Below, in pieces: positions 33,283-43,829 of a DNA stretch of 64,000 nucleotides (its first letter is position 1; each line of letters begins with the position of its first letter). Source of the stretch: Hyphomonas sp. (GTDB lineage: Bacteria; Pseudomonadota; Alphaproteobacteria; Caulobacterales; Hyphomonadaceae); contig NZ_JBALUC010000005.1 in the NCBI RefSeq assembly GCF_036964145.1, positions 83,012 to 147,011 on the forward strand, in the 5' to 3' direction. A program made the position numbers and the translations under genes. Below the pieces are notes generated by a model that saw only the letters and a program-made list of their open reading frames with translations, did no database searches and had not been told where the DNA came from.

Positions 33283-33807
33283 ATGCGCGGCTATTTCGCC
33301 ATCGGCTCTGAACGTATTTCGAAGCCCATGAACCTGGGGGCGCTGATGCGTACCGCCAATGCGTTCGGGGCCAGCTTTGTATTCTCCATCAACGCCGAAC
33401 ATCGTTTGCGGGCCGCCTATCAGGCCGACACATCAAAGACGGCGGGACAGGTCCCCTACTATCAATGGGACAATGTGGACGAGATGCAGCTGCCGCGCGG
33501 CTGCCAGATGGTCGGCATCGAACTGACCGACGATGCCGTCATGCTGCCGACCTTCCGACATCCTCCGCAGGCAGCCTATATTCTCGGCCCGGAAAAAGGC
33601 GACCTCTCGCCGGATATCCTCGCGCGCTGCGATCATGTCGTGAAGATTCCGACGAAATTCTGCATCAATGTCAGCCTTGCTGGCGCGCTCGTCATGTATG
33701 ACCGGCACCTGTCCATGGGCGGCTATGCCCCGCGCCCCATCATGCCCGGCGGTACGGGCGGGGATGGCCTGACCGATACATATGTTCCGGGCCGGGACCG
33801 AAAATAG
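33283..33807 (+). CDS. SpoU/TrmH family RNA methyltransferase
   Basis: NLGALMRTA.AFG, ILGPEKG, INVSLAG SPOUT motifs. Confidence 0.9.
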   Translation: MRGYFAIGSERISKPMNLGALMRTANAFGASFVFSINAEHRLRAAYQADTSKTAGQVPYYQWDNVDEMQLPRGCQMVGIELTDDAVMLPTFRHPPQAAYILGPEKGDLSPDILARCDHVVKIPTKFCINVSLAGALVMYDRHLSMGGYAPRPIMPGGTGGDGLTDTYVPGRDRK

Positions 33808-34467
33808 TTATTGGCCCAGCACACGCTGGATCAGCCCCATCACGCCAGGGAACCGCAGCCCCGCATCCCGCACGGCCAATGCGAAACAGACTTCGCCCGC
33901 ATCCCCAACCGGCTGATGTGTATCCTCCGGACCCTTCACGGCCAGGTCACCGGGTCCGAAGCTGCCGGTCTCATCCGAGAACCCGCCTGAAACCACCAGC
34001 GTGAATTCCTTGCCGCCATGCGTGTGGCGCGGCACTCTGGCACCCGGCTGTATGCGGTAGAGTTCAACCTCAAGGTCGCTGCCCACATCGAGCTTCATCC
34101 GGCGAATGCCCGGCGCGGTGCCCTGCCATCCCTTCGCGCCTAACGCATCCAGAACCGGGTCGCGCAGAGGGGCGGGCAGGTCCGCAAGCTCATCGTCGTG
34201 CATGGGGGCGCGCGTGGCGGGAGTCTCCTCAGCCTCGAGCGCATCGATCAGGTCCAGCGCGCGGGCCCCTGCCCCGGCTGACATCTGAACCGGCTCAGCC
34301 GATTCCAGCAGGCTGCCCGAAATCGCTTCACTGACGGCCAGCGCGCCGCGCACATCCGGGCGCAACATGCTCTGTGTCTCCAGCAGCAGGGCAAAGGCCG
34401 GATCGAGCCGGCCCGCCGCATAGGCTGAATAGAGTTCGCTGAAGGATGACGTGGATGGGTTCTGCAT
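33808..34467 (-). CDS. chrR: ChrR family anti-sigma-E factor
   Basis: AYAAG.L N-terminal domain and cupin with HTHGGKE...H; coupled to an ECF sigma. Confidence 0.9.
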   Translation of the reverse strand: MQNPSTSSFSELYSAYAAGRLDPAFALLLETQSMLRPDVRGALAVSEAISGSLLESAEPVQMSAGAGARALDLIDALEAEETPATRAPMHDDELADLPAPLRDPVLDALGAKGWQGTAPGIRRMKLDVGSDLEVELYRIQPGARVPRHTHGGKEFTLVVSGGFSDETGSFGPGDLAVKGPEDTHQPVGDAGEVCFALAVRDAGLRFPGVMGLIQRVLGQ

Positions 34468-35105
34468 CAGGTCATGTCCCGTTCAATATGGTCTGGCGCC
34501 CCGTCGGCCGGGTCCAAGCGTCCGCGGAGCCGGCCAAAGGCTAACCGGATGCGCGACTTCACGGTGCCGAGCGGCAGATTGAATTTCGTGGCGATCTCGG
34601 AATGCGACAAGCCCTCATAGAAAGCGGCCTGCAACAATTCGAGCTGTTCCGGGGGCAGTTTCACCAATTCGGCCCGCACCGTCTCCTCGATCTGGACGCG
34701 ATGAAAGGCGGCTTCAGGCTGTTCGATGTCCGGTGGGCGCAGCATGGGCTCGTCCGCGTCCAGATCCGGCCGGGTTGTCTGGCGGAATTTGTCGATGCGC
34801 CGGTTGCGTGCCACGCGAAAAATCCAGGTCGAGACCGAAGCCTGCTTGCGATCATACATGCCGGCCTTGCGCCAGACAGTCACCATGACGTCTTGGGCGA
34901 GATCCTCCGCTTCGATCTCGTTCGCTCCCAGCCGCAGCATGTAACTCTTCACGCGCGGGGCGTAGAAATCGAACACTACCGCAAAGGAGTCCCGACACTT
35001 TTTCGCAGCGATCTGTGCCATGCAATCTGCATGATGCGCCCTCATGCCTGGCGAAATGGTCGGTGTTACAGTGTCGTTCACACAAGAACTCGCATGTTGC
35101 GCCAA
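34467..35105 (-). CDS. rpoE: ECF sigma factor RpoE (ECF11)
   Basis: AEDLAQDVM..VWRKA, STWIF.VARN..ID, LPLGTVKSRIRLA; upstream of chrR. Confidence 0.9.
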   Translation of the reverse strand: MAQHASSCVNDTVTPTISPGMRAHHADCMAQIAAKKCRDSFAVVFDFYAPRVKSYMLRLGANEIEAEDLAQDVMVTVWRKAGMYDRKQASVSTWIFRVARNRRIDKFRQTTRPDLDADEPMLRPPDIEQPEAAFHRVQIEETVRAELVKLPPEQLELLQAAFYEGLSHSEIATKFNLPLGTVKSRIRLAFGRLRGRLDPADGAPDHIERDMT

Positions 35106-35259
35106 CCTTCACTATCGGGGCGCGCCGCATGGAACGCAACCATCGGACCGAACAAGCAAGTGTGATCAGCCAGAAGAGCTGACATGCCGTAGTTTAGCCT
35201 TAACCCTGTTGTCTCTATGATACCGGGAAAGCTCCGCGCAAATGGGAAATGTATAGAAG

Positions 35260-35775
35260 ATGCACACACTGAGACTCAGCCGGAAAACACTGACCATGCT
35301 GGCGATCGTGACGGCCCTTGCCATACCCACCGCCTCAGCCAGCCCGACAGCCATCGGCCGCTACAAGGATTGGTCGGTCTTCACCGACACCGCCAATGGC
35401 GAAACCATCTGCTACGCGGCTACGCAGGCGACCGATAAGGCCCCCCGCGCCGCCGATCATGGCGATGTCTGGTTCTATGTGACCAATTGGAAATCGGGCC
35501 GGGCACGCAATCAGCCCAGCCTGAAAGTTGGCTTTGATCTGCGCGAGGACCTTGCGCCGAAAGCCAGCATCGGCCGGTCGTCCTGGGCCATGTTCGGGAT
35601 TGGCCGCGAAGCCTTCGCCGATGATTCCGACGATTCCCGTATTGTCTCGGCTCTGAAAAAGGGTTCGGAGTTGCGCGTGGAAGCCGTTTCCCAGCGCAAT
35701 ACGCAAGTCGCCTATCACTTCTCGTTAAGCGGGTCGGCAGCTGCTATCGACAAGGCCTCTGCCATCTGCCGCTGA
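35260..35775 (+). CDS. Invasion-associated locus B (IalB)-like secreted protein
   Basis: Signal peptide; GRYKDWSVF...CYA, ALKKGSEL.V, FSLSG..AA; family commonly near rlmN. Confidence 0.72.
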   Translation: MHTLRLSRKTLTMLAIVTALAIPTASASPTAIGRYKDWSVFTDTANGETICYAATQATDKAPRAADHGDVWFYVTNWKSGRARNQPSLKVGFDLREDLAPKASIGRSSWAMFGIGREAFADDSDDSRIVSALKKGSELRVEAVSQRNTQVAYHFSLSGSAAAIDKASAICR

Positions 35776-36407
35776 ATAGTATCGTCTGGTAAGCAGAAGC
35801 GCTCCGGATGGCGGCCTTTCGCATCACGATAGTGCGAAATAATCACGTCCATATCGGTCTCGATGTCACCACCGGGCATGATCGGGCCTTCCAGCCGCAT
35901 TTCCTTGGTTCCGAAATCAAGCACGGCGCTGAACAAGGGTACACCGGCCGTTTGCGCGATATGCCAGAACCCTGTTTTCCAGACCGGATTGGCATTGCGC
36001 GTCCCTTCGGGCGCGATCGCGAGGTGCAGGGTATCCGTCGCATCGAACGCTTCCTTCATCAGCGACACGACATCCTTGGACCTTGACCTCTCAACCGGCA
36101 CGCAGCCCGCCCGCCTGAGCAAACCGCCAAACGGCCCTCGCACGAGGGAAGCCTTGCCCATCCAACTGAGCTTTTGTCGGTACCAGCCCGCAATGGCGAG
36201 CATGACCAGCCCGTCATAGTTGGAGGTGTGAGGCGCTGCGATGATCACGGATTTGGAAACGTCCGGCCAGTCTGTGGCGACATGCCAGCCAGTCGCTTTC
36301 AGGAACACCCAGGACAGCCCGCGAATGCCTTCGGAGAAGACGCCGCGATAAGGCGCTGGCTGACCGAAGCGGCCTCGCGGGTAAGGAGTCGGAACGGGGC
36401 CCTGCAT
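35715..36407 (-). CDS. 1-acyl-sn-glycerol-3-phosphate acyltransferase-like protein
   Basis: APHTSNYD (HxxxxD), IAPEGTR, WKTGFW. Confidence 0.88.
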   Translation of the reverse strand: MQGPVPTPYPRGRFGQPAPYRGVFSEGIRGLSWVFLKATGWHVATDWPDVSKSVIIAAPHTSNYDGLVMLAIAGWYRQKLSWMGKASLVRGPFGGLLRRAGCVPVERSRSKDVVSLMKEAFDATDTLHLAIAPEGTRNANPVWKTGFWHIAQTAGVPLFSAVLDFGTKEMRLEGPIMPGGDIETDMDVIISHYRDAKGRHPERFCLPDDTIQRQMAEALSIAAADPLNEK

Positions 36408-36569
36408 GTTCCGATCCTCTTCGCGCTCGGTCTTGGAGGCCTGTATAGGTGCTGCTGTCAGGAAAGTCGTGCAAATATCGACCGGGGTCGCGCCGCCGGA
36501 CTCGCTACGGCGTGTGGCGACTGCTATCGATACCGGGATCACCATCTAGAGCTGGAATCGGAGTGCATC

Positions 36570-37226
36570 ATGAATATCGGATTTGTCCTCTTTCCGAACG
36601 TGACCCAGCTCGATTTCACCGGCCCGCTCCAGATCCTGCATCGCATGCCGGGCGCGAAGACGCATATCTTCGCGAAGACGCTGGATCCCGTTCCGAGCGA
36701 TTGCGGTCTGAGCCTCGTCCCGACGGGCACATTCGCGCAGGCGCCCCCGCTCGACATGATCCTCGTGCCCGGCGGATTTGGCGTGGTCGACGCCATCGGT
36801 GACGAGGAGACGATAACGTTCGTGCGAGAGGCCGGCACGGCGGCTACCTATGTAACCTCGGTCTGTACCGGCGCCTTCATACTGGGAGCGGTGGGACTGC
36901 TTCAGGGCAAGAAAGCGACCACGCACTGGGCCTATCATCATTTGCTGCCCCTGGTCGGCGCGGTCCCGAGCGAGGGACGATGCGTGCGCGACGGAAATAT
37001 CTATACAGGCGGTGGGGTCACTGCCGGCATCGACTTCGCGTTTGAAATTGTAAAAGAGATTTCCGGTCCCAAAGCCGCCGAGGGCATCCAGCTGGCGGTC
37101 GAGTATGATCCGGCCCCGCCGGTGAATGCCGGGCATCCCTCCAGGGCAAACGAGCAGCTCCTCGCCGCCATGAAGAAACGGTATGCAGACCCCATCGAAG
37201 CGATGAGGTCTGCGATTACAGCTTAG
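36570..37226 (+). CDS. DJ-1/PfpI family protein (isonitrile hydratase-like)
   Basis: LDFTGP, LVPGG, SVCTG nucleophile, [16 protein letters not shown]. Confidence 0.9.
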   Translation: MNIGFVLFPNVTQLDFTGPLQILHRMPGAKTHIFAKTLDPVPSDCGLSLVPTGTFAQAPPLDMILVPGGFGVVDAIGDEETITFVREAGTAATYVTSVCTGAFILGAVGLLQGKKATTHWAYHHLLPLVGAVPSEGRCVRDGNIYTGGGVTAGIDFAFEIVKEISGPKAAEGIQLAVEYDPAPPVNAGHPSRANEQLLAAMKKRYADPIEAMRSAITA

Positions 37227-37867
37227 TAGCTTTCTTCAGTGATCGGCGTCAGGATGATTTCAACCCGGCGGTTGGCTGAGCGACCTTCGGCAGTCGCATT
37301 GTCCGCGATCGGCTGGGTCTCACCCATACCAACAGCTGCAAGACGCACCGGTGTCACCCCCTGGTTCACCAGGTAGGAGCGAACGGACTCGGCGCGGCGG
37401 CGGGACAGGTCCATGTTGTAATCATCGGGACCATCGGAACTGGCATGGCCAATGATGTCGACGGCCGTCGATGGATAGTCGACCAGCGTTGCGCTCACAT
37501 CATTCAGCGCGCTGTAGAAGTTCGGCTGGATCGTGGCGCTGTTCACCGAGAAGGTGATGTTCGACGGCATGGTGAGAGCGATCTGGTCGCCCTGACGCTC
37601 AACGCCAATGCCGGTACCCGCAGTCTGCTCGCGAAGGCGGCGTTCCTGCTTGTCCATGTAGCCACCCGCAGCGGCGCCAGCAATTGCGCCCACGGCTGCA
37701 CCGATTGCAGCGTTGCGGCCATCGTCGCCACCCGCAAGGGTACCTGCGCCGGCGCCAAGGATGGCCCCTACACCTGCACCGGTCAGGACCCGTTGGCTGG
37801 GCCCGGTTTCACAGGCAGGAAGGGCAATCAAGGGAAGCGCGAGCAGCGCATAGGAAAGGCGTTTCAT
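37223..37867 (-). CDS. OmpA family lipoprotein (YiaD-like)
   Basis: Lipobox, glycine zipper, YMDKQE..LR, OmpA_C domain (NRRVEI). Confidence 0.92.
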   Translation of the reverse strand: MKRLSYALLALPLIALPACETGPSQRVLTGAGVGAILGAGAGTLAGGDDGRNAAIGAAVGAIAGAAAGGYMDKQERRLREQTAGTGIGVERQGDQIALTMPSNITFSVNSATIQPNFYSALNDVSATLVDYPSTAVDIIGHASSDGPDDYNMDLSRRRAESVRSYLVNQGVTPVRLAAVGMGETQPIADNATAEGRSANRRVEIILTPITEESY

Positions 37868-38041
37868 ATCATCAGCTCCTTTGGAAAGGACAGCCCGGTA
37901 TTGGGCACGCATATCAACGCGTGGGCCAGTCTTTCCGTTCCTTCGATGACAAAACAATGGCGACACTCATTAACTCCCCGTAATGTGATGCCTGCAGCGA
38001 ACAATTCCTTGAACGGCTTCAGCGTGTTATAGGCGCCCATC

Positions 38042-39202
38042 ATGAAAACCGAACTCGACCTCACCCGGCGTGCCGACGCCGCTTCCCCTGCCCCCCGTTC
38101 GCTGGCGGGCATGTCCCTGCCTGCCCTGAAGGCGGAGATGGAAGCGCTCGGTCTGGAACCCAAGAAAGCCGGCATGCGCGCCAAGCAGCTACGCCGCTGG
38201 ATTCATCATTTCGGCGTGCAGGAATTCGGCGGTATGACCGACATTGCCAAGGATTTGCGCGAACAGCTCAGCGACAAATTCATCCTGACCCGGCCCGAAA
38301 TCACGGACCACCAGGTTTCTCGCGACGGCACCCAGAAATGGTTGTCTCGGTTTGGCCCCGGCATTGAAGGCGAAAGCGTCTATATTCCAGACGTCGGCAA
38401 GGCGGGCGCGCTGTGCGTTTCCAGCCAGGTCGGCTGCACCCTGAACTGCACCTTCTGTCATACGGGTACCCAGAAACTGGTCCGCAACCTGACCGCGCAG
38501 GAAATCGTCGCGCAGGTCCTGACCGCACGGGATGCACTGGATGGCTGGCCGAGCGACGAGGAAGATCGCCGCCTGACCAATATCGTCTTCATGGGCATGG
38601 GCGAACCGCTCTACAATCTCGACAATGTGGCTGAAGCAATCGACACGATCAGCGATGGAGACGGTATTGCGATTGGCCGCCGGCGGATCACCGTTTCCAC
38701 CGCCGGTGTTGCGCCCAAGATTGCAGAGCTTGGCGAGCGCACGAACGCCATGCTCGCCATCTCCCTGCACGCGACGAACGACGATCTGCGCAACGAACTT
38801 GTGCCCATCAATCGCAAATACGATTTGAAGGAACTCTTCGCGGCGATCCGGGCCTATCCCGGCATTGGCAATTCCCGCCGGGTGACGTTTGAATATGTCA
38901 TGCTGAAAGGCGTCAATGACAGCCTTTCCGAGGCGCGCGACCTCGTCCGCCTGCTGAGGGGCGTCCCAGCAAAGATCAACCTCATCCCATTCAACCCGTG
39001 GCCGGGCAGCCCGTATGAGTGTTCCGACTGGGATACGATTGAGGAATTTGCCGAAGTGCTGAATCAGGCGGGCTATGCCTCTCCGATTCGTACGCCGCGC
39101 GGCCGCGACATCCTTGCCGCCTGTGGACAATTGCGCTCCGAGAGCGTCAAGAAGTCTGCCGCCGAAAAGCGCCGCGAAGCGCTGGAAACAGCCGCTGAAT
39201 AA
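38042..39202 (+). CDS. rlmN: 23S rRNA m2A2503 / tRNA A37 methyltransferase RlmN
   Basis: [37 protein letters not shown]. Confidence 0.97.
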   Translation: MKTELDLTRRADAASPAPRSLAGMSLPALKAEMEALGLEPKKAGMRAKQLRRWIHHFGVQEFGGMTDIAKDLREQLSDKFILTRPEITDHQVSRDGTQKWLSRFGPGIEGESVYIPDVGKAGALCVSSQVGCTLNCTFCHTGTQKLVRNLTAQEIVAQVLTARDALDGWPSDEEDRRLTNIVFMGMGEPLYNLDNVAEAIDTISDGDGIAIGRRRITVSTAGVAPKIAELGERTNAMLAISLHATNDDLRNELVPINRKYDLKELFAAIRAYPGIGNSRRVTFEYVMLKGVNDSLSEARDLVRLLRGVPAKINLIPFNPWPGSPYECSDWDTIEEFAEVLNQAGYASPIRTPRGRDILAACGQLRSESVKKSAAEKRREALETAAE

Positions 39203-39230
39203 AAAAAAGGGGAGACATCGCCTCCCCTTT
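39201..39230. terminator. Terminator between convergent rlmN and padR
   Basis: AAAGGGGAG-acatcgc-CTCCCCTTT with an A8 run (T8 on minus strand). Confidence 0.75.
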
Positions 39231-39254
39231 CCGTTCGATCAGGATTTCAGGCGA

Positions 39255-39860
39255 TCATTCGCCCTTCAAGGCCGCAATCCGTTCCTGGGCATCGGCCAGA
39301 ATGTCCGAGATCGCCTTGCGCGTATCTTCATCATTCGACCCGGCCCGGACAGTATCCCGCACGGTATGGCGCAGCCGGTGCATGGCCCCGCGTACATCCT
39401 GCGGGTCTTCCGGCCGCTCGCTTTCCTGCAAATCTGCCAGACGGGTCTCGATCCCTTCGATGATCTCCGCAGAGGCTTCGCGCTCCTTGCGTCCTTCCTG
39501 TGTCAGGCGGAATGTGCGGCGCTGGCCATCCATTTCCGCTTCGACCCAGCCAAGATCCAGCAAGGCTTCAAGCGCAGGATAGATCACACCGGGGCTCGGC
39601 ACATAGGCGCCACCGGTACGGGTCTCGATCTCGCGGATCAGATCGTAACCGTGACGCGCCTCATCTGACACCAGTTCAAGGATCAGCAGGCGAAGATCGC
39701 CATGGTTCAGGGGCCGGCGGCGTCCGCCGCGATGCCCATGTCCCCGCCCCTCACCGCGTCCATGCCTCATTCTGCGTCGTCTCCCGCACATCTGGTCAAA
39801 ATCTTCGTCACCTCGGCCTGCGCCGCGGCGGTGTTTCATGTCTCTGTTGCGATACACCAT
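39255..39860 (-). CDS. PadR family regulator (YqjI-like)
   Basis: Gly/Arg/His-rich N-terminus, GDLRLLIL, HGYDLI, YVPSPGVIYPAL. Confidence 0.9.
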   Translation of the reverse strand: MVYRNRDMKHRRGAGRGDEDFDQMCGRRRRMRHGRGEGRGHGHRGGRRRPLNHGDLRLLILELVSDEARHGYDLIREIETRTGGAYVPSPGVIYPALEALLDLGWVEAEMDGQRRTFRLTQEGRKEREASAEIIEGIETRLADLQESERPEDPQDVRGAMHRLRHTVRDTVRAGSNDEDTRKAISDILADAQERIAALKGE

Positions 39861-39869
39861 GTGGTTTCC

Positions 39870-39911
39870 TTTCGATATATCTAAATCTTATATATTTTAG
39901 ATATATCGAAA
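39870..39911. promoter_or_regulatory. Perfect 16-bp inverted repeat, probable PadR operator
   Basis: TTTCGATATATCTAAA-N10-TTTAGATATATCGAAA immediately upstream of the padR start. Confidence 0.75.
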
Positions 39912-40082
39912 ATCAAGCTTCGTTATATCGAAAAGTTGAAGAGAGGGCCTATGGCCGCTATCAAATGCTTAACCAGACCTCACGGCCCATCAATCAATTC
40001 ATCCTAACCGCTGACGTGCGTTTAACTTCGACCGCGCACACTGCAGGCTGGTCCCGAAGACGAGATATAAGGGTGCGTGTCC

Positions 40083-42209
40083 ATGCAGATTGCGGAAACT
40101 GCGAAACAACATGGCCTCGCACCTGCCCTGATCCAGAGGCTGGGCGCCCGGCCTTGGGTCGCCACCGTCTTCTTCTCGGCTGCGTTGATCTTCCTTGTCC
40201 AGCCCATGTACGCCAAGATGACGACCCCACTCATGGGTGGCGCGCCCGCCGTGTGGAACGTCTCGCTTGTCTGTTTCCAGGGGGCCCTGCTGGGGGGCTA
40301 TGCCTATGCGCACGTGCTGGGCCGTCTCAAGTCCCTGCCCCTGCAGGTCGGCATTCATGGCGCCCTGCTCTGCCTTGCCGCCCTCGCCCTGCCGCTGTCC
40401 ATTTCAGGCCTGTTCGGTGCACCGGACCCGGAACATCCGGCCCTCTGGCTAACCGGCACCTTCCTCGTCTCGATCGCGCCGCCTTTCGCCATTCTCTCCG
40501 CGACCGCACCGCTGATCCAGCATTGGTACGCCCGCTCCGGCCGGCATGACGCCGAAGACCCCTACCATCTCTATTCGGCATCGAATGCCGGCTCCCTGTT
40601 CGGCCTGGTTGCCTATCCCCTGCTGATGGAGCCTTTCTCGGCGCTCAGCGCGCAGTCCCTGCTGTGGAGCGGCGGATACGGACTTGTCGCCCTGCTTCTG
40701 GTAACCTGCGGCCTGATCGTCATCGCCCGTCATCGCCAGCCTGCAACAGAGGCAGCCATGCCAGCGCCAACACACGACTCCGTCAGCTGGAAGGAAAAGG
40801 GATACTGGCTGCTACTCTCCGCCATCCCGTCCGGCCTGTTGTTGGCAACAACCTCCCACATCTCGACCGACATCGCCTCGGCGCCTTTCCTGTGGGCCCC
40901 GCCGCTGATCGCTTATATCGCCACTTTCATCATCGTGTTTGCCAAGACACCGCTGCTCTCACCAGCGGTCGCCGACAAATACCTCCTGTTCGCAGTCGGC
41001 GCGGCGCTCCTCATGCTGAACGTCCCGATCTTCAATTCGCAAATTGTCCTTGTCGGGCTTGTCGTACATATCGGCGCCCTGTTCATGGCTGCGCTCTGCC
41101 TGCATGGCGTGCTGGTCTCCCGCAGGCCTGCCGCCAGCGGGCTGACAGAATTCTACCTGCTCATGTCACTAGGCGGCGTGCTCGGCTCCGCCTTTGTCGC
41201 CCTGGTTGCGCCGCAGATTTTCAACGACATCCACGAATACCCGCTCCTGCTTGGCGCGGCGCTCCTGCTCAGCCCGCGCTTTCTCGGCAAGGGCATCAAG
41301 CTGACCCTCGACCGGCGCACCCTGGCATTTGCCGCGGTGTCACTTCTCGCCATCGGGCTTGCCTACGCGTACGTCACCCTGACTCGCTCCAGCCACAGCG
41401 ACACCATGGTCACCCGGCGCGGCTTCTTCGGCGTGGTGAAAGTCTACTCTCCCGAAGACCAGGACCTGACCCTCATGCAACATGGCAACACGATTCACGG
41501 CGCGCAGATCCGCAGCCAGACCGACCGGCCCACACCCCTCGCCTACTACAATGCCGCCACGCCCATCGGGCAGGCCTTCACGCGCCTCTCCGGCAGCGCG
41601 ACCCATATCGGTGTGGTGGGCCTCGGAGCCGGCGGCGTCGCCTGCCATGCCCATCCGGGCCAGAGTTTCACTTATTATGAAATCGACCCCATCGTGGTGG
41701 ACCTGGCGACGGATACGGACCATTTCACCTTCCTGTCCAGTTGCACACCGGATGCGCCGATCATTCTGGGCGACGCCCGGATCACACTTGGACACGCGGC
41801 GCCGAAACAGTTCGACCTCCTCCTGCTCGATGCGTTCTCCTCCGATTCCATTCCGGTCCATTTGCTGACCCGCGAAGCGATGCAGCTCTACCTGTCCCGG
41901 CTGAGCGATGATGGCGTGCTGGTCTTCCACATTTCCAACCGCCATATAGACCTCGTGCCGGTCCTGGCCCGGATCGGCGCCGCCGAACAGGCGGTCATGC
42001 GTCACCAATTCTACATGCCCACGCCGGAAGAAGCCGCGCAGGGCGTTCAGCCAACCAATGTCATGATGTTTGCGAAGTCGGAGACCGCGCTGTCGCCCCT
42101 CGCCGAAGACGCCCGCTGGCAACCCGTCACGGCCGACGACCAGCGCCCCTGGACCGATGATTATTCCAACCTCGTCGGCGCAATGCTGGAAACCCACATG
42201 GCAAATTGA
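40083..42209 (+). CDS. Fused MFS-like membrane / spermidine synthase-like SAM-dependent protein
   Basis: GGAPAVW..S..FFQ, DPY.LY..SN.GS; C-terminal HG.T.HG, VGLGAG, YEIDP, DAFSSD.IP.HL.T, WTDDYSN. Confidence 0.88.
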   Translation: MQIAETAKQHGLAPALIQRLGARPWVATVFFSAALIFLVQPMYAKMTTPLMGGAPAVWNVSLVCFQGALLGGYAYAHVLGRLKSLPLQVGIHGALLCLAALALPLSISGLFGAPDPEHPALWLTGTFLVSIAPPFAILSATAPLIQHWYARSGRHDAEDPYHLYSASNAGSLFGLVAYPLLMEPFSALSAQSLLWSGGYGLVALLLVTCGLIVIARHRQPATEAAMPAPTHDSVSWKEKGYWLLLSAIPSGLLLATTSHISTDIASAPFLWAPPLIAYIATFIIVFAKTPLLSPAVADKYLLFAVGAALLMLNVPIFNSQIVLVGLVVHIGALFMAALCLHGVLVSRRPAASGLTEFYLLMSLGGVLGSAFVALVAPQIFNDIHEYPLLLGAALLLSPRFLGKGIKLTLDRRTLAFAAVSLLAIGLAYAYVTLTRSSHSDTMVTRRGFFGVVKVYSPEDQDLTLMQHGNTIHGAQIRSQTDRPTPLAYYNAATPIGQAFTRLSGSATHIGVVGLGAGGVACHAHPGQSFTYYEIDPIVVDLATDTDHFTFLSSCTPDAPIILGDARITLGHAAPKQFDLLLLDAFSSDSIPVHLLTREAMQLYLSRLSDDGVLVFHISNRHIDLVPVLARIGAAEQAVMRHQFYMPTPEEAAQGVQPTNVMMFAKSETALSPLAEDARWQPVTADDQRPWTDDYSNLVGAMLETHMAN

Positions 42210-42253
42210 ACTTGCCCGTGGCGCGAGGCCCGGCCACTCGCTAATCTGGCGAC

Positions 42254-43009
42254 ATGCGCCTTCTTCTCACTCTCTTCGCCTGCACCCTTCTGATTCATGC
42301 CTGCGCCCGAGCGGAGACCCGGTCTCCCTGCGCGCTGGTCATGCATCTTGGCCAGCCTTATACAGTCTGCGCCTTCGACGCGGGCGAACAGGCACGGCTC
42401 TGGCTGAACCATCCGGATGGGACCCCCTTCGGCCAGTTCGACCGGCTGGCCGCGCATGTGTCAGACGAGGGCCGTGACCTCGTCTTCGCGATGAATGCCG
42501 GCATGTATCATGACGACCGCCGCCCGGTCGGGCTCTATATCGAGAACGGCGAAGAGGTCGCGTCCATTGTCACGCGCGAAGGTCCCGGCAATTTCGGCCT
42601 GCTGCCCAATGGGGTCTTCTGGATCGATGCAGAAGGCGCCCCACATGTCACGGAAAGCCTGGCTTTCGAGGCACTTGCAGCGGAGGCGCGCTTTGCCACC
42701 CAATCCGGCCCGATGCTGGTCATTGAGGGGGAGTTGCATCCAGCCTTTAACGAAGACGGCCCGAGCCGGAAACGCCGCAATGGCGTCGGCGTCAGCGATG
42801 ACGGACAGACACTCTATTTCGCGATCAGCGATGTGCCGGTCAACTTTCATAGCTTCGCCACCCTGTTCCGCGACGAACTGGACACGCCCAACGCCCTGTT
42901 CCTCGATGGCTATGTGTCAAAACTCTACGCCCCCGACCTCGGACGCAATGAGGCGGGGCTGGACATGGGCCCCATTGTGGGGGTGACGCGCCCCTCCGAT
43001 ACCGACTGA
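42254..43009 (+). CDS. Phosphodiester glycosidase family (YigE-like) protein
   Basis: FAMNAGMY, P.GLYIENG, GNFGLLPNGVF, ATQSGPML, RNGVG, ALFLDG. Confidence 0.85.
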   Translation: MRLLLTLFACTLLIHACARAETRSPCALVMHLGQPYTVCAFDAGEQARLWLNHPDGTPFGQFDRLAAHVSDEGRDLVFAMNAGMYHDDRRPVGLYIENGEEVASIVTREGPGNFGLLPNGVFWIDAEGAPHVTESLAFEALAAEARFATQSGPMLVIEGELHPAFNEDGPSRKRRNGVGVSDDGQTLYFAISDVPVNFHSFATLFRDELDTPNALFLDGYVSKLYAPDLGRNEAGLDMGPIVGVTRPSDTD

Positions 43010-43060
43010 CCATTTCTGTACGGCGTGCTATAGTGACAGGCGTTTCCAAGGGAGTCCGCC

Positions 43061-43441
43061 ATGGTCGCAAACACTGCTCTCCTGCTGTTCGGCATGTACT
43101 GGATAGCGTCCGGCATTGGCCTGCTGACAGGCCCCGCCCGGATCGCACGGCTCATCGACGAGTTCGAAGCCAGCCCTGCGCTTGGCTTCCTGTGTGGCGC
43201 GACCATGATCTTCGCAGGCGGCGGAACCTTGTCGGTTCAGAACAGTTTCTCGGGCGTGGCCGACGGCCTCGCAACCCTTCTTGTCGCTGGAGTGCTGGTC
43301 GAAGGCCTGCTGCTGGTGGCCTGGCCGAAGCCGCTTTGGGCGCTCGCCCATTGGATGATGCCAGACGATGACCACCTGAAAGGGTTTGGCATCGTGGCCG
43401 TAGCCCTCGGAATGGTTGTGTTTGCCATCGGTGCAATCTAG
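43061..43441 (+). CDS. Hypothetical 4-TM membrane protein
   Basis: Hydrophobic ORF with GGGAG RBS. Confidence 0.7.
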   Translation: MVANTALLLFGMYWIASGIGLLTGPARIARLIDEFEASPALGFLCGATMIFAGGGTLSVQNSFSGVADGLATLLVAGVLVEGLLLVAWPKPLWALAHWMMPDDDHLKGFGIVAVALGMVVFAIGAI

Positions 43442-43472
43442 CCCTGTCGGGCAAACATCTTAGGAGACCCAT

Positions 43473-43829
43473 ATGTCGGCTGGCCCGGTAACGATTTACG
43501 GCTTGAAGAATTGCGATTCCTGCAAGAAGGCGCTGAACGCCCTCGAAGCCTCCGACCGCGAAACCGCGTTTGTCGACATCCGCGAGGACGCTGACCTCGA
43601 CCGGCTCCTTCCGGCCTGGCTGAAGGGGGTCGGCGCAGAGAAGCTGGTCAATCGCCGCTCGACCACGTGGCGCACCCTGTCGGACGAGGACAAGTCCGGC
43701 GCCCTCGGCCCGAAGGCGGAAGCCATCCTGAAATCCTACCCGACCCTCATCAAGCGCCCCGTGATCGATACCGGCGCGGAAATCCTGGTCGGATGGGACA
43801 GCGGCACGCAGCAGGCGCTGGCGCGGTGA
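43473..43829 (+). CDS. ArsC/Spx/MgsR family protein
   Basis: IYGLKNCDSCKKA, LVNRRSTTWR, PTLIKRPVI. Confidence 0.9.
   Translation: MSAGPVTIYGLKNCDSCKKALNALEASDRETAFVDIREDADLDRLLPAWLKGVGAEKLVNRRSTTWRTLSDEDKSGALGPKAEAILKSYPTLIKRPVIDTGAEILVGWDSGTQQALAR

Noticed and set aside
35106-35260. Autoregulatory RpoE promoter
   Set aside because: TGATCA at 35163-35168 resembles the TGATCC -35, but I could not assign a matching -10 or the direction.
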